This document shows positions 20,317 to 30,901 of a DNA stretch of 64,000 nucleotides, piece by piece (position 1 is the first letter of the stretch; every line of letters begins with the position of its first letter). Position numbers and translations under genes: made by a program. Below the pieces are notes generated by a model, which saw only the letters and a program-made list of their open reading frames with translations, was not told the DNA's origin and made no database searches. This stretch comes from an uncultured Gammaproteobacteria bacterium (GTDB lineage Bacteria > Pseudomonadota > Gammaproteobacteria > Pseudomonadales > JAHEGP01), in assembly GCA_963792875.1 (NCBI GenBank), contig CAWBXV010000002.1:790335-854334 (forward strand). Direction: 5' to 3'.

Positions 20317-20889
20317 GTGTTTGTCTCTCCACCTGCGGTGAATGCTCTCGAATGGGTTGACCCGGACTAAACGAGCCCGCTCTGCAAGAGGAGGCCTGTT
20401 TCAGGGAGCGCGGCAATTTACCAGAACTCCCATCACCGTGCAAGCGCCGATGCGCCAACCCGATCAGCTGGATCGGTATCGCGCGACACGCGCCGTCAAG
20501 CCTGCGCCTGCGACAAGCGCCCCCGACGCCGCTGTCTGCCACTTCCAGCCACACTGCCGAGCCGCAAGCAGGTTCACAGGGAACGCCATGATGCGCAGGC
20601 GGCCCTTGGCAAGCTGCCGCCCCTGCCTCCATGCCCTGGTCCGTCGCAGCCCAGGCACCGCCAGGCAGCGACTGCGCCCGCTTGCATGATCCAGACAAAT
20701 CTCTGATTATGAATCAGCGGCGCTGGCTGCAGGCACGCCAGCGGAGCCGGCCGGCAAGGGTCGCGCGCTGTCGCAGCTCTCTTGCGCCCGCCCAGTGCCC
20801 AGCTTCCTGCCAGACCTGCACTTTCCACCTGGCAGGTTGACACTGGCCAATCCGCACAACGGTTTCACAATGGGTCACTGGAGATCGCC

Positions 20890-23800
20890 ATGGCAGTGAA
20901 GTTTCCCAGCAGGATCAGTTTCAATCGACAGGTCCAGCGCCTGCTGCAAATAGCCAGTGAAGCCGCGGGCGGAGAAATCGCCGCAGAGCGGCTGCAGTGG
21001 AGCTTCAATAAGGGCCTGTGCCTGCAGGCGTCGGCGCTGTCACTCAAGGGCGCAGCGCTGCCCGGCGCCAGCCTCTGTGTTGCCAAAGTACAGATCTTTC
21101 TCGCCTTGCTGCCGCTGTTGAGAGGCAGGCTGCTCATCAGAAGGCTGGTCATGGAGCAGCCGGTCCTGAAATGGCGATTGGGCGCCCGAGCGAGTGCGCC
21201 TGGCGGGGCCGGCGACGACACGGCCGCGACGGCCCCCGCTAAACTGCCCTCGCTGCTCACGGTCGAGAGGCTGCAGGTGACCGACGGCAGCGTTTTTCTG
21301 GATTTCAGTGATACCTCCGAAAATCGTGGACCGCTGGACATTCACAGCATTACTCTCAACGCATCTCACCTCTCCGCCAACACCGTCGCCCCCTTCGAGT
21401 TCGCAGCGGCCCTTAGCAGGAGCGGCAATATCAGCGGCGACGGGCAGGTGGGCAGCGCGCACGACCGGGCCGGACGCACACAACTGCGGGCCCACGTCTT
21501 ACTGGATGGCGTCGACGCGGCGCTGCTCTCGGGACAGCGGCGCCCGCCGCATGAGCACGAAGGTTTACAGGGATATCTCTCCGGCCAATTGGATTTTGCC
21601 GGAGACCTGAACTCGGGTGGATGTCTGCAGGGCGACCTCGATCTGAGCTGCATCAGATACCGGGACGACACGCGCTGGGAAACGCCGCTGGCGGCCCAGT
21701 CCGCCCGGCTCCAATGGCAGATCGCGCTCTCGCGGCAGGATCTGACGGTGCAGCGGGCGAACCTGCAGCTGGCCGATCTCAACGCCTCGGTGCAGCTGAC
21801 TGTGGCCAACTGGCTCGATCATCCCTCGATAAGAGACGCGCAGCTCACCGGCGACCTGCCGACGCGCACCTTGCTGCCCCTCATACCCTGGCGCATGCTC
21901 GGCGCCGAAGGCCCGCCGCTGCGCGCCATCATGGCCCGCGGCGGCAACGTGAAAGTCAGTACGATCAGCCTGCCGCCGCTGCCGTTGACGGGCGTCAAGC
22001 CGTCGGCCCGCGCCCTGCTAGAGTCGTGCGAGATCGAGTTGACCGCAACCGACCTGCTGCTGCCCGGTGCTGGATTGCGCCCCAGGCTGCGCGTGATCGA
22101 GGGCGTATTCAACGTCAAGCACGGCACCCTGAGCAGCGACTGCATCCGCACGCGCACTGGCGCAGTGGCGCTGCCGAACATCTCCCTGCGTGCGGAGCAG
22201 CTGTTCGACCAGCCGCGGCTGCGCGCGGCGGCACAGGGTCCGGCCGTGGTCGATGACGGCGGGCCGGGCTCCGGCGACGAAGCGCTGCTGCACTGGGGCA
22301 TTCGCGAACTCACCGGCGCCGCCGACGTCACCATCAACGTGGACTTCGACCGCGCGCGCAGCGAACCGCTGCTCGCCGAGGGTGCCGTCAACGTCCGGGG
22401 GCTGCGCATCATCACCGCCCGAAGCGGCGCACAGCTGGGCCTGGACGGCCAGATAGCAGTGGCCAACAGCTCGGGCCTGCTGCTCAAACTCCAGCACTGC
22501 GAAGCCCGCGTCAACGGAGCGCCCCTTACGCTGCACGGCCTGGTCAGCGGTATCCGCACGGCCGACCTGCTGATCGATCTCCAACTGCTGGCGCGCGAGC
22601 TGGCGCTGGCGCCACTGGCGGAGGTCATTCCACCGCTGGCCCGAAGCCAGCTCGCCGGCAACCTCAACGCCGATCTCAAGCTCAGCTATGCCGCAGCCGA
22701 TGCAGAACACATCGACCTGCAAGGACGCCTGGACATCGACGATCTGCGCTGGCGGCAGGCTGACATCGATGTCGCCGACGCCAAGGTGAAAGTGAGCCTT
22801 CACACCAACCGCGTCGTCCTCGAACGCGCGGACGGCAACTTCAATGGGCAGCCCATGGCAATCCGCGGCAACATCGCCGAACTCCCGCGCATCGTCGCCT
22901 CCGTTCACGCGACCTCGCCGGAGCTCGACATCGACCGCCTGGCTGCGCTGATCACAAACCGCAGCAACGATGGCGACGCGCCTGGCGCGACCGGCGAGAC
23001 GCCAACCCGCCTGCGTCCCCCTGAGGACGCCGAACTGAGCCTCTCGGTAGCGGTCGATAAAGGCTGGTACCGCATGCAGCGCTTCGGCGAGCTGATCCTT
23101 GCCGCAAAATTCAAAGGCCCGATCCTGGAGGGCCACAACTTCGACGTCCACATCGCCGACGGCCGCCTGCACACCCGAGGCACTGCCGATTTTCATGACG
23201 CGAAGCATATCGGATTTGACGCCCGCTACGAGATCAAGGGCGTCAGCCTGGAGAAGTTTCTGGCGCTGCTCTACGACAACCCGCCGCCGTATAGCGGTCA
23301 GGCCAGCAGCAGAGGCAATCTGCAGGGCTTTCTCGGCAGCCGGTTTCTGGAGCAGGCGCGCGGTTCAATCATCGTCAAGGCAGGGCCCGGCAATCTGCCC
23401 AGAGCCAGCGCCCTCGGTGAAGCGCTGCACGATGCGATGGCGTTCGCTCGGCTCAAGGGCCTGCTGTCAGGATCCATGCGGCAGTTCAACCAGCGCAAGC
23501 GGGTGCCTTTCGACAAGTTCTACCTGCAGGGCCAGTTCGTCGAGCACCGCTTCGATATCCTCTCGATGAAGCTCAATACGCCCGGCGTCAAGACCGAGTG
23601 GAAGGGCTTCCTGCACCTGCCCGACAATTCCGTCGAGATCGATGTCGAGGTCTCCCTGCTGGGGGGCCTGGATACCGCGCTCGAGCTGGTGCCCGTAGTG
23701 GGCAGCACCGCCAATAAAATGTCCCGCATCTATCTGCACCTGGACGGCCCCCTGGACGACCCCAAGGTCGAGAAGACCCTGTGGAACTCCCTGGAGGATG

Positions 23801-23943
23801 TCCGCAAGCGCCCGCTGCAGACGCTGGAAAAGAACGTAGGCAAGGGCCTGGACACGTTCGAAAAGGGCGTGGGCAAGGGCCTGGACACCTTCGAAAAGAG
23901 CGTGGGCAAGGGCCTGGACACGTTCAAGAAATTCTGGCAGTAG
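20890..23943 (+). CDS. AsmA/TamB/YhdP-like large beta-rich protein (1017 aa) without a recognisable N-terminal anchor
   Basis: ATG 20890 has GGAG 6 nt upstream. The N-terminal region (VAKVQIFLALLPLLRGRLLIRRLVMEQPVLKWRL) and the C-terminal region (FDKFYLQGQFVEHRFDILSMKLNTPGVKTEWKGFLHLPDNSVEIDVEV...LHLDGPLDDPKVE) resemble AsmA-family ends. The rest is a long repetitive Leu/Gly/Asp-rich beta-type sequence. Confidence 0.7.
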   Translation: MAVKFPSRISFNRQVQRLLQIASEAAGGEIAAERLQWSFNKGLCLQASALSLKGAALPGASLCVAKVQIFLALLPLLRGRLLIRRLVMEQPVLKWRLGARASAPGGAGDDTAATAPAKLPSLLTVERLQVTDGSVFLDFSDTSENRGPLDIHSITLNASHLSANTVAPFEFAAALSRSGNISGDGQVGSAHDRAGRTQLRAHVLLDGVDAALLSGQRRPPHEHEGLQGYLSGQLDFAGDLNSGGCLQGDLDLSCIRYRDDTRWETPLAAQSARLQWQIALSRQDLTVQRANLQLADLNASVQLTVANWLDHPSIRDAQLTGDLPTRTLLPLIPWRMLGAEGPPLRAIMARGGNVKVSTISLPPLPLTGVKPSARALLESCEIELTATDLLLPGAGLRPRLRVIEGVFNVKHGTLSSDCIRTRTGAVALPNISLRAEQLFDQPRLRAAAQGPAVVDDGGPGSGDEALLHWGIRELTGAADVTINVDFDRARSEPLLAEGAVNVRGLRIITARSGAQLGLDGQIAVANSSGLLLKLQHCEARVNGAPLTLHGLVSGIRTADLLIDLQLLARELALAPLAEVIPPLARSQLAGNLNADLKLSYAAADAEHIDLQGRLDIDDLRWRQADIDVADAKVKVSLHTNRVVLERADGNFNGQPMAIRGNIAELPRIVASVHATSPELDIDRLAALITNRSNDGDAPGATGETPTRLRPPEDAELSLSVAVDKGWYRMQRFGELILAAKFKGPILEGHNFDVHIADGRLHTRGTADFHDAKHIGFDARYEIKGVSLEKFLALLYDNPPPYSGQASSRGNLQGFLGSRFLEQARGSIIVKAGPGNLPRASALGEALHDAMAFARLKGLLSGSMRQFNQRKRVPFDKFYLQGQFVEHRFDILSMKLNTPGVKTEWKGFLHLPDNSVEIDVEVSLLGGLDTALELVPVVGSTANKMSRIYLHLDGPLDDPKVEKTLWNSLEDVRKRPLQTLEKNVGKGLDTFEKGVGKGLDTFEKSVGKGLDTFKKFWQ
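23827..23925 (+). repeat. three tandem in-frame 33-nt repeats at the 3' end of the AsmA-like gene
   Basis: GAAAAGAACGTAGGCAAGGGCCTGGACACGTTC / GAAAAGGGCGTGGGCAAGGGCCTGGACACCTTC / GAAAAGAGCGTGGGCAAGGGCCTGGACACGTTC encode EKNVGKGLDTF-EKGVGKGLDTF-EKSVGKGLDTF, followed by KKFWQ and the stop. Confidence 0.95.
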
Positions 23944-23960
23944 CGGCCGCTGCTGCGCTC

Positions 23961-24635
23961 TCAGATCAGACCGCGCTCCGCCAGCGAGACGACCTCGACA
24001 TCGCCCACCACCATGTGATCGAGCACGCGGATATCAACCAGCGACAGCGCCGACTTCAGGCGCTCGGTGATGCGGATATCCGCCTGGCTCGGCTCGGCAA
24101 TCCCCGACGGGTGGTTGTGAGCAAAGATCAGCGCCGCCGCATTGTGGCGCAGCGCCTGTTTGACGACCTCACGGGGATAGACACTGGCGCCGTCGATGGT
24201 ACCGAAGAACAGCTCCTCGCAGGCGATCACTGCATGCCTGGTGTCCAGAAACAGGCATACGAACACCTCGCGCTCGAAGCCGCGCAGATGGGCCATCAGG
24301 TAGCGGCGAGTTTCGTCCGGGCTGGTGAGCACGCTGCCGCGCTGGAGCTTCTGCAGCAGGTGGCGCCGGCTCATCTCCAGCACCGCCTGCAGCAGCGCGT
24401 ACTTTGCCGTCCCCAGCCCCAGGCAGCCGCAAAAGCGCTGCTGATCGGCTTCGAGCAGCGGCCGCAAGCCACCGAAGCTGTCGAGCAGCTCGCGCGCGAG
24501 ATCGACCGCGGACTTGCCCGCGACCCCGGTGCGCAGAAAAATCGCCAGCAATTCCGCATCGGACAGCCCCCCAGGACCTGCCGACAGCAGCTTCTCCCTC
24601 GGCCGCTCGGACGCCGGCCAGTCTTTGATAGCCAT
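23961..24635 (-). CDS. radC: RadC-family (UPF0758) JAB-domain protein
   Basis: N-terminal HhH-like region (ERPREKLL...[14 protein letters not shown]), JAMM motif HNHPSG, and divergence from coaBC as in E. coli and Pseudomonas. Confidence 0.9.
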   Translation of the reverse strand: MAIKDWPASERPREKLLSAGPGGLSDAELLAIFLRTGVAGKSAVDLARELLDSFGGLRPLLEADQQRFCGCLGLGTAKYALLQAVLEMSRRHLLQKLQRGSVLTSPDETRRYLMAHLRGFEREVFVCLFLDTRHAVIACEELFFGTIDGASVYPREVVKQALRHNAAALIFAHNHPSGIAEPSQADIRITERLKSALSLVDIRVLDHMVVGDVEVVSLAERGLI

Positions 24636-24736
24636 TGCAACCTCCTTGTGCTTCGGCCACTATTTGCGATTTGACTCAGCCATCGGCCATCATAGTCGGC
24701 GGATGGACCTCCGGTGGTGAATCTGGCAATAATTCC

Positions 24737-25948
24737 ATGCAAGCACTGAGCGGCAACAATATCCTGGTCGGCGTCAGCGGCGGCATCGCCGCCTACAAAT
24801 CGGCGGATCTGGTCCGCAGGCTGCGCGACGCAGGAGCCGAGGTGAGGGTGGTGATGACGCGGGCGGCCCGCGAATTCATTACACCACTGACGCTGCAGGC
24901 ACTGTCGGGAAATCCGGTGCATGTGGACCTGCTCGACCCCGCGGCCGAGGCGGCCATGGGCCATATCGAGCTGGCGCGCTGGGCGGACGCCATGCTGGTT
25001 GCCCCCGCCAGCGCCGATTTGATGGCGCGTGCGGCCATGGGGCTGGGAGACGAGCTGCTCACCACCTTGATGCTGGCGCTGGACGCCCCACTGGCACTGG
25101 CTCCCGCAATGAATCAGGCCATGTGGCGCCACCCTGCGACGCAAGCCAATCTGGCGCTGCTGCAAAGCCGGGGCGTGCACATCCTGGGGCCTGCATCGGG
25201 CGCGCAGGCCTGCGGCGATACCGGGCCTGGCCGCATGCTGGAGCCGACGGAACTGGTCGACGCGCTGGCGCGCATCTTCGGCCGCGGTCCGCTGTCCGGG
25301 CTGCGCGTCGCCATCACCGCCGGGCCGACCCGCGAAGCCATCGACCCAGTGCGCTTTATCAGCAACCACAGCTCAGGCAAGATGGGGTACGCCATGGCGC
25401 AGGCGGCGGCCGCGGCCGGTGCCAGAACCACGCTGATCAGCGGGCCCGTCGCGCTGCCGGCACCCGCCTTCGCCGAGTTGATACCCGTGATCAGCGCCCA
25501 GGAAATGTACGACGCCAGCCTGGCAACGGCGCTCGAGTGTGACATTTTCATCGCCACCGCGGCGGTCGCTGACTACCGGCCGGCACGTGTCGCCGATCAC
25601 AAGATAAAGAAGTCGCAGCAGCAGATGCAGATCGAACTCGAGCGCAACCCGGACATCATCACGGCCGTCGCGGCGCTGGCCAACAGGCCATTCTGCGTAG
25701 GTTTTGCCGCGGAAACTCAGGATGTAGAACACTACGCCAGGGATAAATTGCAGCGCAAGAGCCTGGACCTGATCATCGCCAACGATGTCAGCGACACGAC
25801 CATCGGCTTCAACAGCGATCACAACGCGGTGACGCTGATCACGGCGCAGACCAGCATCCCCCTGGCCAGAGCCACGAAGGGCGAGCTGGCGCGGCAGCTC
25901 ATCGAGGCGATCGGCCAACATTACCATGCCCGCCGCGGCGGCTTTTAG
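24737..25948 (+). CDS. coaBC: bifunctional phosphopantothenoylcysteine decarboxylase/synthetase
   Basis: ILVGVSGGIAAYKSADLVRRL (flavoprotein domain) and ISNHSSGKMGYA (CoaB). ORF-track start 24635 trimmed to ATG 24737. Confidence 0.93.
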   Translation: MQALSGNNILVGVSGGIAAYKSADLVRRLRDAGAEVRVVMTRAAREFITPLTLQALSGNPVHVDLLDPAAEAAMGHIELARWADAMLVAPASADLMARAAMGLGDELLTTLMLALDAPLALAPAMNQAMWRHPATQANLALLQSRGVHILGPASGAQACGDTGPGRMLEPTELVDALARIFGRGPLSGLRVAITAGPTREAIDPVRFISNHSSGKMGYAMAQAAAAAGARTTLISGPVALPAPAFAELIPVISAQEMYDASLATALECDIFIATAAVADYRPARVADHKIKKSQQQMQIELERNPDIITAVAALANRPFCVGFAAETQDVEHYARDKLQRKSLDLIIANDVSDTTIGFNSDHNAVTLITAQTSIPLARATKGELARQLIEAIGQHYHARRGGF

Positions 25949-26016
25949 CACTGGCTCAGAAGTCAACTAAACTTCGTGTTACTTCCGTAACCGAAATCGA
26001 GAGTGCCGAAATCCGC

Positions 26017-28530
26017 ATGAGCAAGAAGCAGACCACCAAGCAGAACAGCGATTCCACGGCACGCGCGCTGCGTCCGATACTTTATTACGCAGGTGTGGTG
26101 CTGGCACTGTTGCTGGTGTGTGCCCTGATCATTCAACTGATGCAGTTGCGGGCGGTGAATCAGGAGCAGCTGGAACGGGCCAGCGTCAACCAGGTGAGGG
26201 CCTACGGCGTGGCCATTTCGCGCTTTGTGCTCGACCAGCAGGTGTACCTGCAGTCACTCACTCACGACCCGGAGATTCTCAAGGCCGTGCGCGATCGCGA
26301 CTCCCTTGCGCTGCGCACCCTGGAGTCCCGCTTTACCACCGCCTATGCGACCGCGAGCCAGCTGCATATCATCCCTTTGAACAAGCTCGGCACCGCCGCC
26401 AGAGACTTTCCGGACCAGCGCCTGAACAGCATCGAAACGGCGATGATCGTGGACGCCCACCGGGGCAAGAAGGTCTCTCCAGAGACCTATCGCAAGGGGC
26501 CGCAGAACGTCATTACACTGCTCCAGGTCATCGGTCAGGGGGACGTCGTCGAGGGCGTGCTGTTGCTGAGCATCAACGGTCAGGTACTGGGCCGCATCAT
26601 GTCGGATCTGCTGGGCAACCAGGGCGCCCTGGCCCTCCACCAGCGGGTCGGCAGCGACAGCATCGAGATGTTCGCCATCGGCACGAGCGCAGCACAGGCC
26701 CCCGCGGCACGTGCCGCCGTGCCGGGTCTCGACAAGTGGGAGCTGGTCTTTCGGGGCTCCGCGGCATTCATCGCCGCCAGCAAAGCGGCCCCGGGCCTCT
26801 CGTGGCTGGTGCTGCTGGCCGCAGGCCTGGCGCTGATGGGCTTCGGCGCCGTCCTGTTCCGCCACCTGCAGAAGCGTCTGGACCAGAAATTCGACCAGTT
26901 GCTGGACTATCTCGCCCGCCTCAATCAGGGCGAGCGCGCGCTGCCGCCGGCCCTGGAAATCAGGCAACTGACCGCCATCGGCGGCCTGGCGTTTGAGCTC
27001 AGTCAGAAGCCCCCGATATCCGGCAAGCCCTCACAAGTGGACGCCGCAGCGACCGCACAGCTCAGCGAGAAAATGTCGGGCAAAAAGGCGGCGCCGCCGT
27101 CCAGGAAGGGAATCGCCACCGCCGATGTGGAGACCCTCGCGGAGGAAACCGCGGCACCCGCCATTGCGCCGGGCCTGTTCCGGGCCTACGACATTCGCGG
27201 CATCGTCGGCCAGGACCTCACCGCCGACGCGGTCTACCACATCGGCCTGGCGGTGGGCAGCACGGCCCTTGCACGGGGCGAAACGGCCGTGCTGGTTGGC
27301 CGCGACGGCCGCTTGAGCAGCGAGGAGCTGTCGGAACGGCTGGCGGCGGGAATCCAGGACAGCGGCCTGGATGTCATCGACCTCGGCGCAGTCCCCACAC
27401 CGGTCCTGTATTTCGGCACCCAGCAACTGAATACCTCCAGCGGCGTCATGGTGACCGGCAGCCATAATCCACCCGAATACAACGGCCTTAAGATCGTCAT
27501 TGGTGGGCAGACTCTGGCCGGCGAGGACATTCAGGCGCTGCGCAAGCGCATCGAGCAGGGCCAGTTGAGCAAGGGTGAGGGTACCTACAACACCATCGAC
27601 CTGATCGACCAGTACGTCGACTACGTGCTCGGCGATATCGCCGTCGCGCAGCCGCTCAAGCTGGTGATCGACTGCGGCAACGGCATCGCCGGGAGAGTGG
27701 CACCGCGACTGTTCGAAGACCTCGGCTGCGAGGTGGTGCCGTTGTACTGCGAGGTCGACGGCAATTTCCCCAACCACCATCCGGACCCGACGGTAGCGGA
27801 CAACCTCAAAGCGCTCATCAGCCGGGTGAGATCGGAGAAGGCCGACCTGGGCATCGCCTTCGATGGCGATGGCGACCGCCTTGGCGTGGTCAGCGCCAGC
27901 GGCGAGATCATCCCCGCCGACCGGCTGCTGATGCTATTCGCCCAGGACGTGGTATCGCGCAACCCGGGCTGCGATGTCGTTTTTGATGTAAAATGCTCGC
28001 GCCACCTCAACGACGTCATTGCCGGCTACGGTGGCCGGCCCGTGATGTGGAAGAGCGGCCACTCCATGATCAAGCAGAAAATGGTGGAGACGGGAGCCCT
28101 GCTGGGCGGTGAATTCAGCGGCCATATCTTCTTCAAGGAACGCTGGTTCGGCTTTGACGACGGCCTGTACAGCGCCGCGCGGCTGATCGAGATCATGAGC
28201 ACGACCAATCCCGACCTCGATCAGCTGATGGAACAATTTCCGAAAACCGTGAACACACCGGAAATTCAACTCGAGGTAGGTGAGAATCGCAAGTTTGCCG
28301 TCATGGACAACCTGGCCGGCGCGGCCGATTTCGGCGATGCCAAGATTACCCGCATCGACGGCATTCGCGTCGACCTGCCAGACAGCTGGGGCCTGATCCG
28401 GGCATCGAATACGACGCCCCGCCTCACCCTCCGCTTCGAGGCGGAGTCCAGCGACGCCATGGCCCATATCAAGGAACTGTTTGCAGGCGAGCTCAGGCGC
28501 CTGGAACCTCAGCTCAATGCCAGTTTCTGA
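26017..28530 (+). CDS. algC: phosphomannomutase/phosphoglucomutase with a long N-terminal two-TM extension
   Basis: The C-terminal ~455 aa carry PMM/PGM motifs: FRAYDIRG, the active-site loop TGSHNPPEYNGLK, the Mg site FDGDGDR, and GEFSGH. The N-terminal ~380 aa have two hydrophobic helices (ILYYAGVVLALLLVCALIIQLM and LSWLVLLAAGLALMGFGAVLF) flanking a ~215-aa domain. Synteny is coaBC-(dut)-algC-argB. Confidence 0.85.
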   Translation: MSKKQTTKQNSDSTARALRPILYYAGVVLALLLVCALIIQLMQLRAVNQEQLERASVNQVRAYGVAISRFVLDQQVYLQSLTHDPEILKAVRDRDSLALRTLESRFTTAYATASQLHIIPLNKLGTAARDFPDQRLNSIETAMIVDAHRGKKVSPETYRKGPQNVITLLQVIGQGDVVEGVLLLSINGQVLGRIMSDLLGNQGALALHQRVGSDSIEMFAIGTSAAQAPAARAAVPGLDKWELVFRGSAAFIAASKAAPGLSWLVLLAAGLALMGFGAVLFRHLQKRLDQKFDQLLDYLARLNQGERALPPALEIRQLTAIGGLAFELSQKPPISGKPSQVDAAATAQLSEKMSGKKAAPPSRKGIATADVETLAEETAAPAIAPGLFRAYDIRGIVGQDLTADAVYHIGLAVGSTALARGETAVLVGRDGRLSSEELSERLAAGIQDSGLDVIDLGAVPTPVLYFGTQQLNTSSGVMVTGSHNPPEYNGLKIVIGGQTLAGEDIQALRKRIEQGQLSKGEGTYNTIDLIDQYVDYVLGDIAVAQPLKLVIDCGNGIAGRVAPRLFEDLGCEVVPLYCEVDGNFPNHHPDPTVADNLKALISRVRSEKADLGIAFDGDGDRLGVVSASGEIIPADRLLMLFAQDVVSRNPGCDVVFDVKCSRHLNDVIAGYGGRPVMWKSGHSMIKQKMVETGALLGGEFSGHIFFKERWFGFDDGLYSAARLIEIMSTTNPDLDQLMEQFPKTVNTPEIQLEVGENRKFAVMDNLAGAADFGDAKITRIDGIRVDLPDSWGLIRASNTTPRLTLRFEAESSDAMAHIKELFAGELRRLEPQLNASF

Positions 28531-30137
<1,607 letters not shown>

Positions 30138-30250
30138 GACTGCTGTTCCCGGCTCTGGCAGTGGCACATCCGCCTGTTTCGGGCGTCCCCGAGCCCTGGC
30201 TGCGGTCGGGCGCTCGGGTCTCCCCTGGCAGTTCACACACCGCGCAACGA

Positions 30251-30901
30251 TCAAGCCCCATCGATGCCATAGCGGCTACGGTACGCTTCGATACGCTCCA
30301 AAATGTCCATGTCACCACCGTGAAGGCCGAGGTGGGTGACGATGTGGCCCAGCGCTACAATGCTGATCACGGGCAGGCGATAGTGCTGTTCCAGCTCCTG
30401 CACCGCCGACAGGGCACCCTCGCCCCGCTCCTGGCGATCGAGGCCAATCACCACACCTGCCGCCTGTGCGCCCTCATCGGCAATCAACCCCAGCGACTCC
30501 CTGATAGCAGTACCCGCCGTAATGACGTCATCGATAATCAATACGCGACCTCCTACCGGTGCGCCAACCAGCCTGCCGCCTTCGCCGTGGCTCTTGACCT
30601 CCTTGCGGTTGAAAGCATAGGGGGTGTCGATGCCATGGCTCCTGGCCAACGCAATCGCCGTGCTCGCGGCCAACGGGATGCCCTTGTAGGCCGGGCCGAA
30701 CAACATATCGAACTCGATGCCCGAGGCGACGATAGCTGCCGCATAGCTCTCTCCCATGACGGCCAGTGAAGCGCCGCTGCAGATGGCCCCCGCATTGAAG
30801 AAGTAAGGGCTTATCCTGCCGGACTTGAGCGTGAATTCACCAAACCTCAGCGCGCCACTGGCTCTCGCCGCCTGAATGAAATTTTCCTGATACTGTTCCA
30901 T
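30251..30901 (-). CDS. pyrE: orotate phosphoribosyltransferase
   Basis: [17 protein letters not shown] and the PRPP-binding motif [16 protein letters not shown] 30901 gives the usual ~216-aa length. Confidence 0.93.
   Translation of the reverse strand: MEQYQENFIQAARASGALRFGEFTLKSGRISPYFFNAGAICSGASLAVMGESYAAAIVASGIEFDMLFGPAYKGIPLAASTAIALARSHGIDTPYAFNRKEVKSHGEGGRLVGAPVGGRVLIIDDVITAGTAIRESLGLIADEGAQAAGVVIGLDRQERGEGALSAVQELEQHYRLPVISIVALGHIVTHLGLHGGDMDILERIEAYRSRYGIDGA

Noticed and set aside
20288-20843. ORFs inside the rpmB/AsmA-like gap (20288..20698-, 20342..20689+, 20574..20843-, 20631..20840+). They were considered as small genes or as a missing N-terminal exon of the AsmA-like protein.
   Set aside because: The translations are Cys/Arg/Pro/Ala-rich with no hydrophobic helix, no SD-start arrangement and mutually overlapping frames. 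None supplies the TM anchor expected for an AsmA-family N-terminus.
23827-23925. The 33-nt tandem repeats considered as a mini CRISPR array or satellite.
   Set aside because: The units are directly adjacent with no spacers. They lie in frame inside a long ORF and encode a coherent 11-aa peptide repeat. No cas genes or leader are present.
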